Notes: a model not told the origin generated them from the sequence alone. A stretch of 64,000 nucleotides of DNA from Octopus vulgaris (GCA_951406725.2 OX597815.1:25978001-26042000); one strand, 5' to 3'. Positions 1 through 13,131 are shown, numbered from the stretch's first letter. Numbers and translations: made by a program.

Positions 1-256
1 CTTTATATACTTTATGCACAATTTTAAAGGCTTAATACACAGCACTCTCCGTCTTTCTCTATCACTCTTTTTTTCTCTCTCTTTTTTCTTTCACTCTTCG
101 CCTTTCCCTTCAACTAATCACGTGAAAGTGTTACAGACGGGCTACGTAACGGAGGAAAAATCTTAGTTCAAAATAATTACACATTTCACTCACCTTCCCT
201 TCCCCCTCTCCCCTTCCCAATCTCTACCACCCCATCCGTCGCTCTCCTCCCTCCCT

Positions 257-1737
257 TCAACTAATTACATACAGTCTGTCTATGTCACTTTTTGGGTGGA
301 GTATTCCATATCTACTCAGCAACTTCTTTGTCTTTTTGTCTAAACTGTTTAGTTCGTCTACTGTCCATGTGATTACCCCTGCTCCATATCTAAGGAGTGA
401 AACTGCCCAGGTGTTGATAGCTTCAATTTTATTTCGTCCGTTTAATTTCGACTTAAGGATCAGTCTCAGTCTGCGTAAGTACTCCACCTTAAATTTTTCT
501 GTCATTTCTTTCTCCATCAATTTATCCATTTCCAAAATCCCCAAGTACTTATAGCCCATCTCTTCTATCTGCTTCATAACCTTCCCCGACAGTATCTCTA
601 GCTCGTCCATACATTTGATTTTGCCTCCCTTCAAGACTAAGACACCGCACTTTTTCAGTCCGAAATCTATTCCGATATTAGCACTCGATGTATACACCGT
701 ATCAACGAGAGAACTGACTTGGGCTTCATCTTTACCATAAAATTTGTGGTCATCCATGAATAACAAATGGTTGACTTTTTGTTGGCGGCTTTTGAATACA
801 TACCCAGCTTTTGCTTTCCTCAGAATCAGTGTTAGTGGTATCAAGCACAGTACAAAGATCAGTGGAGACAGGCAGTCCCCTTGGAAGATGCCCCTCCTGA
901 TTTATGTTGTCCGTAAACTTCTTCCATATACTGTCAATTCCGTCTTCCACTTCGCCATACTTTTTCCGATCAATCGCTCAAAATTCGATGCAATACCAAA
1001 TAGGTTCATACATTCCATAATACAAAGAATGTGGGACCATATCCTACGCCTTAAGATAATCGATCCATGACATGGCTAAGTTACTTTTTCTCCCCTTGCA
1101 GTCTCTAAGTACAGTTTTGTCTACCATGAGTTGATCTTTAATACCTCTGCACTTACGCTTGCAACCCTTCAGCTCATGTGGCAGGACTCCATTTTTTTCC
1201 AGTCAATAATTTCTGCGACTATTCCAGTTAATAATTTCCACATAAGTTGTACACAAGATATCAGCCTGTAATTGTCTACCGTATTGCTTTTTTCGATTTT
1301 TTCAAGTACAGCACTGTCCTACCTATTGTCAACCACTCTGGTGTTACTTGGACAACATTTAACAAGATGTTGAGTTGTGCAGCTATTCGTGCATGACATT
1401 CACCAAATCTTTTGAACCAGTAGCCTTGAACTCCATCTGGTCCCGGGGCCTTCCAGTTGCTCATTATTTTTGCTGATTTCCTTAACTTTCCTAACTGAAA
1501 TTAATAGTTCTGCCTGTTTTGGACAGACTACTGTTTGCTTCAGTTCTTGCAACCATTCAGCATATTTCTTGTGCTCCTTGTCTTTGATCCAGATGTCACT
1601 CCAAAACCTTAGACTTTCAATGTTATATGATATCAACTTTTCATCTGTACACCCTCCATTTATGTCTTTAAAGAAACTTTTTTGATCCACTCTGAATAAC
1701 CTCTTCTGCTGGTATCCCTTCATTCTTTGGTCGTATC
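257..1737 (-). mobile_element. Decayed non-LTR retrotransposon reverse transcriptase fragment, R4/Dong-like (REL clade)
   Basis: Frameshifted ORF pieces give RT motifs: NWKAPGPDGVQGYWFK (1276-1464), HLLFMDD, GIDFGLKKC, YKYLG, KSKLNGRNKIEAINTWAVSLLRYG, HPKSDIDRLY (257-844). The truncated 5' end abuts a (TAA)n tract. Confidence 0.88.
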
Positions 1738-1895
<158 letters not shown>

Positions 1896-1896
1896 T

Positions 1897-2310
1897 CAGG
1901 CACATCGGGTGAAATGCTTAGCGGTGTTTCGTTTGCCGTTATGATCTGAGCTCAAATTCCGCCGCGGTCGCGGTCGACTTTGCCTTTCATCCTTTCGGAG
2001 TCGATAAAATACGTACCAGTTGAATACTGAGGTCGATGTAAGCGACTCATCCCCACCTTCCCCAGGCTGCCCTTGCGGCAAAAATTTGAAATAATAATTA
2101 TAATAATAATTATTATTATTATTTCAGGCACACCGGGCGATATACATAGCCATGTTTCGTCTGCCATTGCCTTCTGACTCTGGGTTGACTCTGCCTTCCA
2201 TCCGTGCGGGGTCGATGAAATAAGTACCAGTTACGCACTGATGTCGATATAATCGACTAGTCTCCTTCCACTAAATTTCAGGCCTTGTGCTTTCTGTAGA
2301 AATGTGTATT
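1897..2310 (+). mobile_element. Two 5'-truncated copies of SINE family A (short-tail variant)
   Basis: Core gtcgactttgcctttcatcctttcgg..gtcgataaaat..gtaccagtt at ~1974 and a diverged copy at ~2185; each ends in an ATT-rich tail. Confidence 0.85.
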
Positions 2311-2339
2311 ATTATCATTTCACTTACGCGCAACAGAGT

Positions 2340-2725
2340 ACCTCGCAAAGCCTTCTCTTGCAAGTCAGAAATTAAAAATAATAAATTTTCCTCACTATTA
2401 TCTACTGAGGAGGCTATAACTACTCTAGCTAACTCCACACAATCGTCTAGTGATATTAAACCTCTACTACCTTCCTTTTTAGGTACATACAATCTTGTTA
2501 CTCCTGCTCTAGGTCGAAGCCCCCGTCCATATTGGATTCCCTCCTAATTCTAATTCAGATTTTGTCCAATCTGCAAAAGGTTACTGAATATCTAAGCACC
2601 AATAGTGCCGAAGCATTTACAGCCTTCACTAGATCCGGACCATTTAGATTTGGCTTCATTAACTTCCTCATCTTTCTGATGTATTCCTTCTCAATTTTCT
2701 CTTTCATTTCTATTATTTTGCGCTA
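2340..2725 (-). mobile_element. Second, more diverged R4/Dong-like RT thumb fragment
   Basis: Minus-strand translation KEYIRKMRKLMKPNLNG...VLRYS and YVPKKEGSRGLISL, paralleling the 257-844 peptide and the RLY..RKEGGRGL motif. Confidence 0.7.
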
Positions 2726-3059
2726 AAAGTTTCTATCGTTCATCCGCTTACCTTTTTCGTACTCTGAAGTATAAAATCTACCCCCAAATTTAGTCCCAGA
2801 TATTTTGTATAAAATTTCACATATTTTACATATGACGAAAAACGTTTCCTTGAAACAGTGTATGGTCTTTGTTCACAGTTTGATATTACTATTCCACTGA
2901 AATTGCACTGCACAGCATTATAACAGGCCCAGAAACGCCAATAATCTACATAATTAAGTAGCCAATCATATGCTAAGCTTGATCGAGTGATTAACAGTTT
3001 GCTCTTCAGTTTTGAGGTTCTAAGTTCGAACTCAATACCTGGTATATTTCTTTTATATG

Positions 3060-3212
3060 AGTTAGATCTGGAGGTAATGACAGTGGCTATGGCCTTCGCA
3101 GGCACTTCCAGATAAGTGGGATTACTGGGAAATATAAACATACAACAGCTGCAGAAAAAGCATGTTCAGAGAGGAAATTCCAGATGGATGGTGTTCTGAG
3201 GAGGACACTCTA
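3060..3212 (+). mobile_element. Possible R4/Dong-like ORF C-terminus remnant
   Basis: GNINIQQLQKK...VLRRTL* resembles EIQKIVL..TAHILRKIL at 34510-34566. Confidence 0.35.
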
Positions 3213-3218
3213 GATATA

Positions 3219-3451
3219 TATTTCTTTACTACCCACAAGGGGCTAAACACAGAGGAGACAAACAAGGACAGACAAAGGGATTAAGTCGATTACATCGACC
3301 CCAGTACGTAACTGGTACTTAATTTATCGACCCCGGAAGGATGAAAGGCAAAGTCGACCTCGGCGGAATTTGAACTCGGAACGTAACGGCAGACGAAATA
3401 CGGCAGCGCATTTCGCCCGGCGTGCTAACGTTTCTGCCAGCTCGCCGCCTT
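3219..3451 (-). mobile_element. SINE family A (tRNA-derived, OK-like; long-tail variant), full length
   Basis: Minus strand: ggcggcgagctggcagaaacg (A box), gagttcaaattcc (B box), conserved core, tail ...gccccttgtgggtagtaaagaaata; possible TSD gatata (3213-3218/3452-3457). Confidence 0.93.
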
Positions 3452-3664
3452 GATATAGTGGTTCGTACGAGGGCCTGGAGTATTGAACACAACAAAGGTG
3501 ACGAGTAATAGAGAGACAGACGAATCGAAAGTCGAGGTGGCATAAGACCAGCTACCTCTGAGGAGCAAAGGCCATTATAGTATTAGTAGAAAAGGTAGAA
3601 AGAAGTGATTGCACCCGCACTGGCACGATGATGCGGTTGTGGTTCTTATTTGCCAGTGGCAATT

Positions 3665-4463
3665 CTTTATGTTGTCATTGTTATTGTTGTTGTTCTTGCT
3701 GATATTAATGTTGTTGATGATGGTTCTGTTGTTGTTATGGTTGCTGTTGTTTTTGTTGTCTTAGTTGTTGTTGTTGTTGATATTTCTATTCTTATTGATG
3801 ATGTTTTAGTTTATGTTTTTGTCGATGTTGTTGCTGCTGCTGATACTGGTAGTAGTGATGGTGGTGGTGGTGGTGGTGGTGGTGATGGTGATGGTGGTAA
3901 TGGTGGTGATGATGTTGTTGTTGGTGATGATGTCGGTGGTGGCGGTGACGATGTTGGTGGTGGCGATGATGATAGTGGTGATGATGATGGTGGTGTTGAT
4001 GGTGATGGTAGTGATGGTTGTGGTGATGATGATGTTGGTGGTGATGGTGATGATGTCGGTGGTGGCGGTGACAATGTTGGTGGTGGTGATGATAGTGGTG
4101 ATGATGATGGTGATGGTAGTGATGGTTGTGGTGATGATGATGTTGGTGGTGATGGTGATGATGTCGGTGGTGGCGGTGACAATGTTGGTGGTGGTGATGA
4201 TAGTGGTGATGATGATGGTGATGGTAGTGATGGTTGTGGTGATGATGATGTTGGTGGTGATGGTGATGATGTTGGTGATGTTGATGGTGATGGCGAGGAT
4301 GACGGTGGTGGTGTTGATGGTGATGGTGGTGTTGATGGTGGTGGTAGTGATGGTGGTGGTGATGGTGGTGATAATGATGGTTGTGGTGATGATGATGTTG
4401 GTGGGTGATGGTGATGATGTTGGTGATGTTGATGGTGATGTTGATGGTGATGGTGGTGGTGGT
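3665..4463. repeat. (GTT)/(GGT)/(GAT) low-complexity tract with ~3 copies of a 108-bp higher-order unit
   Basis: Unit starting gatggtagtgatggttgtggtgatgatgatgttgg recurs at ~4004, 4112 and 4220. Confidence 0.9.
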
Positions 4464-4572
4464 GCCCTTCATATTTTCTCTTCAAGTACTATGATCAGCG
4501 TTATTGTTATTATCAATAATCTTCGTCGCCGTTGTTACTGTTTTTGATATTAATGCAAATGCTGTTATTGTT

Positions 4573-4605
<33 letters not shown>

Positions 4606-5244
4606 ATCGTTATTGTTGTTGATGTTGTTGTTATTTCCGCTTCCAATACTACGACTGTTTGTTATTATTGTGACTGACGATGTCGTCGTCGTTGTCTTCC
4701 TCCCGTTATTAGACGCAAAAAAAGAAACATCGGACACACATGACTGGGCGAAACTTATGAAAATTTTTGCTGCAAGTACATGAAGGGATCTTCACTGACT
4801 TTGAATATGAAAAACGTGTTGTGTGTGGAGGCGTATGTATGTGTGTGTGTGTGTACGAACGTGTGTGTGTGTGTGCGTGTGTGTGTGTGTGTGTGCATGT
4901 GTGTGTGCGTGGGTGTGTGTAATGCAGAGTTGGTGCCGATGCTAATGCGGCAGTGGTGGCTCTGATATATTTTTGCCGATGGTATTGTTCTTTATATTAT
5001 ACACAGATATAAACACATACACACGCACGGCCTCCCCCCTCCAACGTACACACGCGCAAACCTCATCCTACATACAATTCCACATGCATGCATACATGCG
5101 TGCGTATATATCTACATATGTGTGTGTCTATATCTATCTACATATACATGTACACACACACACACATGCACACACATATGCATAAATACGAAAACACATG
5201 TATGTATCTATATATATGTATGTATGTAGTTGCGTGTACATGTA

Positions 5245-5374
<130 letters not shown>

Positions 5375-6223
5375 TCATTAAATATATAATATTTGGTATA
5401 TATATTTATTGTAAATTGTTGACAGTATAAGGCATGCGAAGCGGCGCGAGACGGCGCGAGGCAGTTTATTCATGCTATCAATTTAGAAAAAAACACTAAC
5501 AGTTGAAATTCGGGGTCACTCTTACCAATCTTGAGTCAGAATTAGTACCTATGCATGTATGCGGTCCTTTTTATGTTTTTAAGTGTTTGGATGTATCCAA
5601 ACATTCAGCCGTCACTTTGTTTGTAAATTAATTAAATAGATTTAATTATTTAATTAATTAATTAACTACAAGATACATGAACCAGGCATGTTTATTGTAC
5701 AATAAAACGTAGACAGTTAAAGAGTGAATGACTGTACGATGTCGTTTCTAGTTTATGAATCTTCGTCAGCAATCAAATCACCTACTTTTTAAAGTCGTCA
5801 TGAAATTGTATTTAGCTTTGGGTATACTCCAAAGTGATTTTTAGTCTGAAAAATAAACACTGTAAGATCGTCTGTAATTATACAGTTTCATCGTGAACGG
5901 TTCAACAAGGATTGGCTGGATGATGTAGTTTCTGGTTTATCAATCTTCAGCAGTAATTGGGTACTCTTTTTGCAAAGTACTAACGTTATCCTCAGTAAGC
6001 GATTTACGTTTAAATCATTAAGACATGTAAATTCTTTTTTTTTTTTTTCCTTTCCTTACTGCTTTTATTCTGAATCTATTTTGTTTTGAAAAATCATGAT
6101 AATGGCTCTCATTTCAGAATTGAACATATACTGAAATTCTACAAAAACAATGAATACATATGCAAATAATTAATCTATTCAATAATATTCAATATTTCGA
6201 AAAAGCATGCGTATGACTTTATG

Positions 6224-6455
6224 TCTTCTTATTACCCACAAGGGGCTAAACATAAAGGGGACAAACAAAGACAGACAAACGAATTAAGTCGATTACAACG
6301 ACCTCAGTGTGTAACTGGTACTTAATTTATCGACCCCGAAAGGATGAAAGGTAAAGTTGACCTCGGCGGAATTTGAACTCAGAACGCAGCGGCGGACGAA
6401 ATACCGCAAAGCATTTCGCCCGGCATGCTAACGATTCTGCCAGCTCGCCGCCTTT
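6224..6455 (-). mobile_element. SINE family A, full length with 17-bp TSD
   Basis: TSD atgcgtatgactttatg at 6207-6223 and 6456-6472; A/B boxes and core intact. Confidence 0.95.
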
Positions 6456-6679
6456 ATGCGTATGACTTTATGATTATCCTATCTATGGAAGGCTTTCTTT
6501 TCGACATTAAGGCGGTGAGCTGGTAGAATCGTTTGCACGCCGGGCGAAATACTGCTAAAACGAGTTACAAATTATGTTTATTGAAACTGATACAACATAA
6601 GTTCATGTGTTTAAATATATTTTGTAACTTTATATACATTTTTAATGTTTGTATCAGCTTATAATTGAATTTCCAACTT

Positions 6680-7081
6680 TGCCCAAACGACCTGAACACT
6701 AGCTTCAAGGTTCATCCAAGACTGGGACCACGGGCCATACGTCCCCTGCCCAATTCAGGATCACAACATATATGTACACTGCAACATAATTTCTTTTCCT
6801 CAACAGGCCCTGTCCTATTTAACATTGTCCCGAAAGAGATCAAAGAGGAAAAGGATCCCATCAACTCTAAACGGAGTCTGGATAGATTCCTTCAAGGAAT
6901 ACCAGATAAGCCACCCATAATTGGATACAACTCACCCAACAAAAACTCACTACTTGAATGGACCACAAACAAAACTTTGACTTAAACAGGATTTAGATAA
7001 TCATATCAGGTGGTGCTATTAATTTAGACATGGCCTGGACCAATCTTTGGTCGAAACATATCTAAGTTTATCTAAGTTTAT
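6680..7081 (+). mobile_element. CR1-clade LINE 3' end
   Basis: ORF C-terminus HNFFSSTGPVLFNIVPKEIK...KRSLDRFLQGIPDKP...NSLLEW; 3' stem-loop gacca-atctt-tggtc, then tandem tail (atctaagttt)x2. Confidence 0.8.
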
Positions 7082-7995
7082 GTTGTTCACAATTAGGATT
7101 TCTTTAATGGTTTAAGATTGGCCCCACTTCTACGACTGCGTTTAGCAATTAAACACAAAGCTCTTAGAAATATATTCCTATTCCTTATCCTCAAACTAAA
7201 AAGACTGAGATATAAAACATATCTTCAATCTGTTACTAGCGAACACACATAACAGGGGTCTTAAACTAGAAACATATAACCACAGAGAGAAGAACGTATA
7301 ATTTTTTATATAATAGCGAATTAATTTACTTAAATTCTGTAAAAATCGATAACCTATCTCACAAGCCCATAACTTGAGCCTAGAAATATCATGGAAATGC
7401 AGTCAATATATTAACAAGTAAACACTTAGTCGACACAATACTTTGGTAAATATGTCACTTAAGAACATTTAATGAAGAGAACATTTGTATTGAACATAAG
7501 TATTTAAATGTATGGCACACACACACACGCACACACGCACAAAAACACACACACACACACAGAGTACAACAACTGAATATGACGCTTATAGCTGAGATGT
7601 ACACAAGGATCTTCGTAGAGAGATTGAAAATCTTCATTACACGATTAAGTATAGCAACAGATCTTGGCTGAAGTTCGCCCTATGAGTCCCGGTAAAGTAG
7701 ATCAGCGTATTGCTGGAACAAAAATTTAGGTTTATATCAAATATGAGGGTGAATAGTGGAAAAATCTAAACCATAAATTAAAGGCCCTAAGAAATGCAAC
7801 TTTAGCGTAGCAGAAACGTTTCATATTCTTCTTAGATCAACAATCCCAACACTGTTTTATTACAGATCTGAAATTTTTAGCAACTGTAAATACATGTGCA
7901 AATTTTGTTTTATCAAATTGGAGGACACATCCCGTTCCAGATTGAGTTGCTGTATTACAAACTTTGACATATTTTCAGTTATTTTGTTCCATACG

Positions 7996-8129
7996 GACGT
8001 AACATGCTCCAGTGTGGCCTGTCAAATCTGTATTAGTTTGAAACATAGACACACATACAAGGACGCAAATGTAAAATTCCTCCTCTCTCTTTCAATTTCT
8101 CTCCTCTCTCTCTCCATTTCTCTGCCACA

Positions 8130-8162
<33 letters not shown>

Positions 8163-8210
8163 CGCCATTTCGTCTTTCTGTTTTCTCCCCTCTTTCTCTC
8201 CGTCTCAACA
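7996..8210 (+). repeat. Direct repeat, copy 1 (copy 2 at ~10015-10155)
   Basis: acgtaacatgctccagtgtggcc.gtcaaatctgta.tagttt.aaacatagacacacatacaaggacgca.atg.aaaa shared, followed by a CT-rich tract ending tctcaacat. Confidence 0.85.
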
Positions 8211-8355
8211 TTTAATGAGCTTTCTGTAATCAGAGAGGACGAGGGTCTTAATTTTCTTGGTTTCGTTTCATTTTCTGCACCAATTTTCTTCACGTTTTTC
8301 CTACAATTTTTGTTATTTTCTCCCTGTCCAGAGTCCTTGCTTTTTAAAATATATA

Positions 8356-8845
8356 TCTTTATATATAAAAGTAAGGTTGTGTGTCTGTCTCCTACGATTT
8401 AGATTCCTAACTACTCCCACATTTTGCGGTGCAGTTTAACCAAAACCGGGTATCTTATAGTCGTGATTCATATCGAGCCCTTCTGGGTATTAGCGCGCGT
8501 CTACGATGAGTCTACGATTTAAAAAATAAAATTTACCATCATTTTTTTCCATTTTAATGCATTTTCATAAGGGAAGTAACGCTCTAAAAATGTCTACGAT
8601 GAGTCTACGATTAAAAAAAAATTTACCATAATTTCTTTCCATTTTAATGCATTTTTCGCTATTATATAAGGGAAGTAACGCTCTAAAAATGTCTACGATG
8701 AGTCAACGATTTAAAAAAAAATTTACCATAATTTTTTTTTCCATTTTTAATGCATTCTTTTGCTATTTTTTGGCTATAACTCTCTACAAATGCTTATATA
8801 GTTACTTCCCTTACAAACCCGAGCAACGCCGGGCGATACTGCTAG
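8356..8845 (+). mobile_element. Non-autonomous Helitron (family H1)
   Basis: 5' A|TC, 3' hairpin cccg-agcaacgc-cggg then cgatactgCTAG|T; no TSD; three internal ~95-bp tandem units (tctacgatgagtctacgatt...). Confidence 0.9.
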
Positions 8846-8967
8846 TAACGCATAAACGGAGCCTGAAAGATTGCTTGTAGATATATGGCGTACTTTATAA
8901 ATATGCCTGTTCAAGTATCATAAAAGCATGAAACAATTAGTAGCCCTTTCGGTTGTGTTTTAAATTA

Positions 8968-9036
<69 letters not shown>

Positions 9037-9251
9037 TGTGTGTTAGTATCTGTGTACACAAAAATGAGTAAGAAGGCTGTATGCAATATTATGAACATGT
9101 ATATTTGATATACAGTATATCTAACACACATGTAAAATCGTACCAACAATTGACTGTGACAGATACGACAAAGAATCATACTAAAAATGCGCACGCACAC
9201 ACACATACACACACACTCACACGCACACATGCACACACACACACTCACACG

Positions 9252-9290
<39 letters not shown>

Positions 9291-9372
9291 TTCTTCTCCC
9301 TTTTTCATATATGCAAACTCTTCCTCAATTCTCTCCTTTTCCTTCACTCTCTCTTCCACCCCTTTTGTGTGT

Positions 9373-9437
<65 letters not shown>

Positions 9438-10171
9438 TCTCTCTCTTTCTCTTTTACCCTTACACTCGCGTAGTCAAGCGTAAACATATACACACGCTTC
9501 CCAACGATATTCAACGATATTCTCATATCAGAAAAAGTCTCTATATGAACCAGTCAGCCATCTTGTTAGCCAACTAACAAGCTGTCTTACACTGTTTATC
9601 TTCTTACTAATTTCAGTAGAGCGTAAACACGCACATACACTCACTCTCAGTCTGTTTAACAGTCTGCCTGTCTGTCTGCCTGTCTGCCTGTCTGTCTGTC
9701 TCTCTCTCTTTCTCTCACACACACTGTCGCTCTTTTCACTTTATGACTTTCTCCTCCCTTGTTAACTAACTCACTCCATCGTACTGTTTATCTTCCGGCT
9801 GTACTCCGTAAGGCTCCGGGGCTAAATGTGACCAATCACGCAAATCAAATCGCACACATACGCACGCAAGCACACACACACTCACACACACAAACATTCA
9901 CACACACGCGTACGCATACACACACACAGAGAGAAACACATACACACAAACACAAACGCAAGTAAACACAAACACGCATCTACACACAGACACGTCAGAT
10001 ATTTATTCGCACTCACGTAACATGCTCCAGTGTGGCCGGTCAAATCTGTACTAGTTTCAAACATAGACACACATACAAGGACGCACATGCAAAACTCTCC
10101 TTCTCTCCATTTCTCTCTCTCTCTTCTCTTTCTCCCTTTCTCTCCCTCTCAACATGTATATATATGTGTAC

Positions 10172-10233
<62 letters not shown>

Positions 10234-10236
10234 TTG

Positions 10237-10297
<61 letters not shown>

Positions 10298-10301
10298 CGA
10301 T

Positions 10302-10342
<41 letters not shown>

Positions 10343-10766
10343 CAGATATCACGCATAGGCATACGAACACTTACACACACAAGATACACCCGCACTGAAG
10401 CATATGCAGAAGAGAACCGCAGGAGTTGCGTACAGACCTACGGACACAAGCGCGCAGACATACACACTCACGGACGCGCGCGCGCACACACACAGAGACA
10501 CTCGCACACATACACACACAAACACAAATGCAATGACGTACCGCGCGAACGCACATCCATTCAAGCCGAGACACACACACATGCATACGCACAGATCCAG
10601 TCCACACTCACAAGACACGCCCGAACGAATAAGGATATTTTTATGCCCAATTGTTTGCGCAGCACGTGTTCGTGTTCATTTAGCCTGCACGTGCATGCGT
10701 GCCTGCACAGAAATGTGCATCGAAACAGATGCTGTCGTTGTCCTCGACGATTCTGTGCGTCTGCCT

Positions 10767-10840
<74 letters not shown>

Positions 10841-10958
10841 CGTGTGTGTTGTGTGTGTATGCATGATTCGGTGTGTCTGAATATTATATGCGTTTATGTA
10901 TATATACTATATGTAAGTATGTGGTAACGCATGTAAGCAAATATCTATCTATCTATCT

Positions 10959-11025
<67 letters not shown>

Positions 11026-11117
11026 TGTGTGTATATGTAACCTCCCTTCCTTTTTATATATATTTGTACCATTAATAAGCAAAAGATTGCTGAAACTGAA
11101 ACTAGGTTGTCTTACAT

Positions 11118-12530
11118 TTCTACAATACACAAAGTATTTTAAATGTTTTTTTTTTTAAATACAATTCCTAATAGTATATGGCAGAATAAAAAGTAAGCAA
11201 CATTTTGAAACATGAAATTCATCAAAATATATTTCAACAATGCGAAAATTTTATTCATCAAAGTAAGCACCATTACAATCAACACAATTTTGCCAACGAG
11301 TTACAAGTTTATTTATTCCGGCAACATAAAAATCTGGAGTTCTGGGGTTGATGAACTCTTTAAACGCACTTTCAGCATCGGCTTGATTTTTGAACTCCTT
11401 CTCTCGCAGGAAACCATCAACGCGCTTGAAAAAGTGGTAGCTGGTGGGAGAAAGGACTGAGAAATAGGCTGGGTGGAGAAGAACTTCGTAGCCAAGTTCC
11501 CTCAACTTCTGGAGCGTCATTGGCGAAACGTGTGGTGAAGCATTGTCATGAAAAATGATTGGCAACCAGTCTAGGACTGAAGAATAGCAGCATTTCGTTG
11601 ATTTGGGCAATTTCATGTCAATATGTTTCTGTAGTAATGGTTTTCCGGGGTTTAAGAAGTATTAGAAGATGAGTCCAGCAGTACACTACCAAACAGTCAC
11701 CATAACCTTCTTTTTGAAGAACTTGGGTTTTGGGAAGGTTCATTTCGGTCCAACCACTGCGAAGAACGTTCTTCATTATTGTACAGAATCCACTTTTCAA
11801 CGCAAGTTACAATACGGTCGAGAAATGGATCGGTCTGGTTACGGAGAAGAAGCGACGAACAAATTTCTTATCTACGCATTTCCTGATTTTCATTCAACCC
11901 GTGTGGTACCCATTTGTCGAGCTTTTTCGATTTTCCGATCACATGCAAATGGTTGCAGGCAATTTTCCAGCTAACTTGTAGTTCTTTTGCCAGTTTTCAA
12001 GTTGTTTTACGTGGATCTTAATGGCGATCTTTAATTGACCGTCATCGATGACAGATGGGCGTCCACTACGCTCACTATCTTTAAGGCTCAGGTCTCCACT
12101 ACGAAATCGTTTAAACACTCACTGGTCATTTCCTCACCAAACGTTTCGTTGATATCGCGAGCAGTTTCAGCTGTTTTACGTACTTTTTTGAAGTTGAATA
12201 GCAAAATTGCTCGAATATCACGCTTTGGCAGTTCCATTTCAGATGATTGTAACAACGGTGAAAAATTATCAACGTTAATTTATTGATGCACTTGGGCAAG
12301 TCTATATCTGTATTATCAGACAATTGCAAAAAATGTTTTAAAAAATTCAAAACTCTGGAAAAATCCGGTACGAATTCTTCATTGTTCAAAACGTTGTTTA
12401 CTTGTTACTCAACTTGATATATGATTATAAAAATAGACCAGAATTTTTTTTTCTTACATCGATAGCTATGGAGGTCTAATAGAGTAAAATAGGGATTAAA
12501 GGAGTCCACAGGCAAAATATGGCTGAGAAC
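11118..12530 (-). mobile_element. hAT-type MITE fragment split by a mariner insertion (pieces ~11118-11176 and 12418-12530)
   Basis: Both pieces align contiguously to the reverse complement of the MITE at 62408-62642 (…taaatacaattcctaata.ta | tgattataaaaata…gctatgg…). Confidence 0.75.
11177..12417 (-). mobile_element. Decayed full-length (~1.24 kb) mariner transposon
   Basis: Transposase motifs FHDNASPH, LGYEVLLHPAYFSVLSPTSYHFFK, FYVAGINKLVTRWQNCVDCNGAYFDE; degenerate ~25-30 bp TIRs (…aagtaa[g/a]caac[a/g]ttttgaa…); TA on both sides. Confidence 0.9.
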
Positions 12531-12869
12531 TGGTTTAGGCGAACAAATTTTGTTTTAAGACTAGTATGGCAAACGGTGACATGGGGACAGACACAAAACA
12601 CACACACACACGAAATATACTTACACACACATACACACATAATAGATTTACACTCACACACACATAATAGACTTACACACGCACACACAATAAACTTACA
12701 CTCACGCACACACATAATAGATTTACACATACACTCATAATAGACTTACACACACAAACACACACATACATATAATAGAATTATACACACACATAATAAA
12801 CTTACATACACACACACATAATAAACTTATGCACAAACGTCCGTACACAGACATACACACACACATACA

Positions 12870-13020
12870 TAATGGACTTCCACACAGTTTCCGTCAACCA
12901 AATTCACTAACAAGGCTTTGGTACGCCCGCAACTTTAGTAGAAGACCCTCGCCTAAGGGTCCACGAATTGGGACGGAATCTGAAACCAGGTGGCTGCAAA
13001 GCGAGCTTCTTAACCTCACA
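12870..13020 (-). mobile_element. SINE family B 5' portion, diverged
   Basis: cagtttccgtcaaccaaattcactaacaaggctttgg…tagtagaagac…. Confidence 0.7.
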
Positions 13021-13039
13021 GTCACATCACCTTCATTAC

Positions 13040-13131
<92 letters not shown>
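13021..13131. repeat. (CAT)n microsatellite
   Basis: Read directly. Confidence 0.97.

Noticed and set aside
2748-2870. pogo/Tc2-like terminal sequence (also taccgtaaat at ~38078 and mariner-like tattgggtt at ~53005)
   Set aside because: No matching opposite end or coding remnant found
3811-4485. Extensin-like Pro/Ser-rich or His-rich ORFs
   Set aside because: Open in four frames on both strands because of triplet repeats; no signal peptide or supporting exons, so not called as CDS
7785-7825. Further hammerhead-like words (also ~11070-11110, 31300-31355, 45200-45235)
   Set aside because: Each needs two or more core substitutions or lacks stem I, and has no sister copy in the window for support
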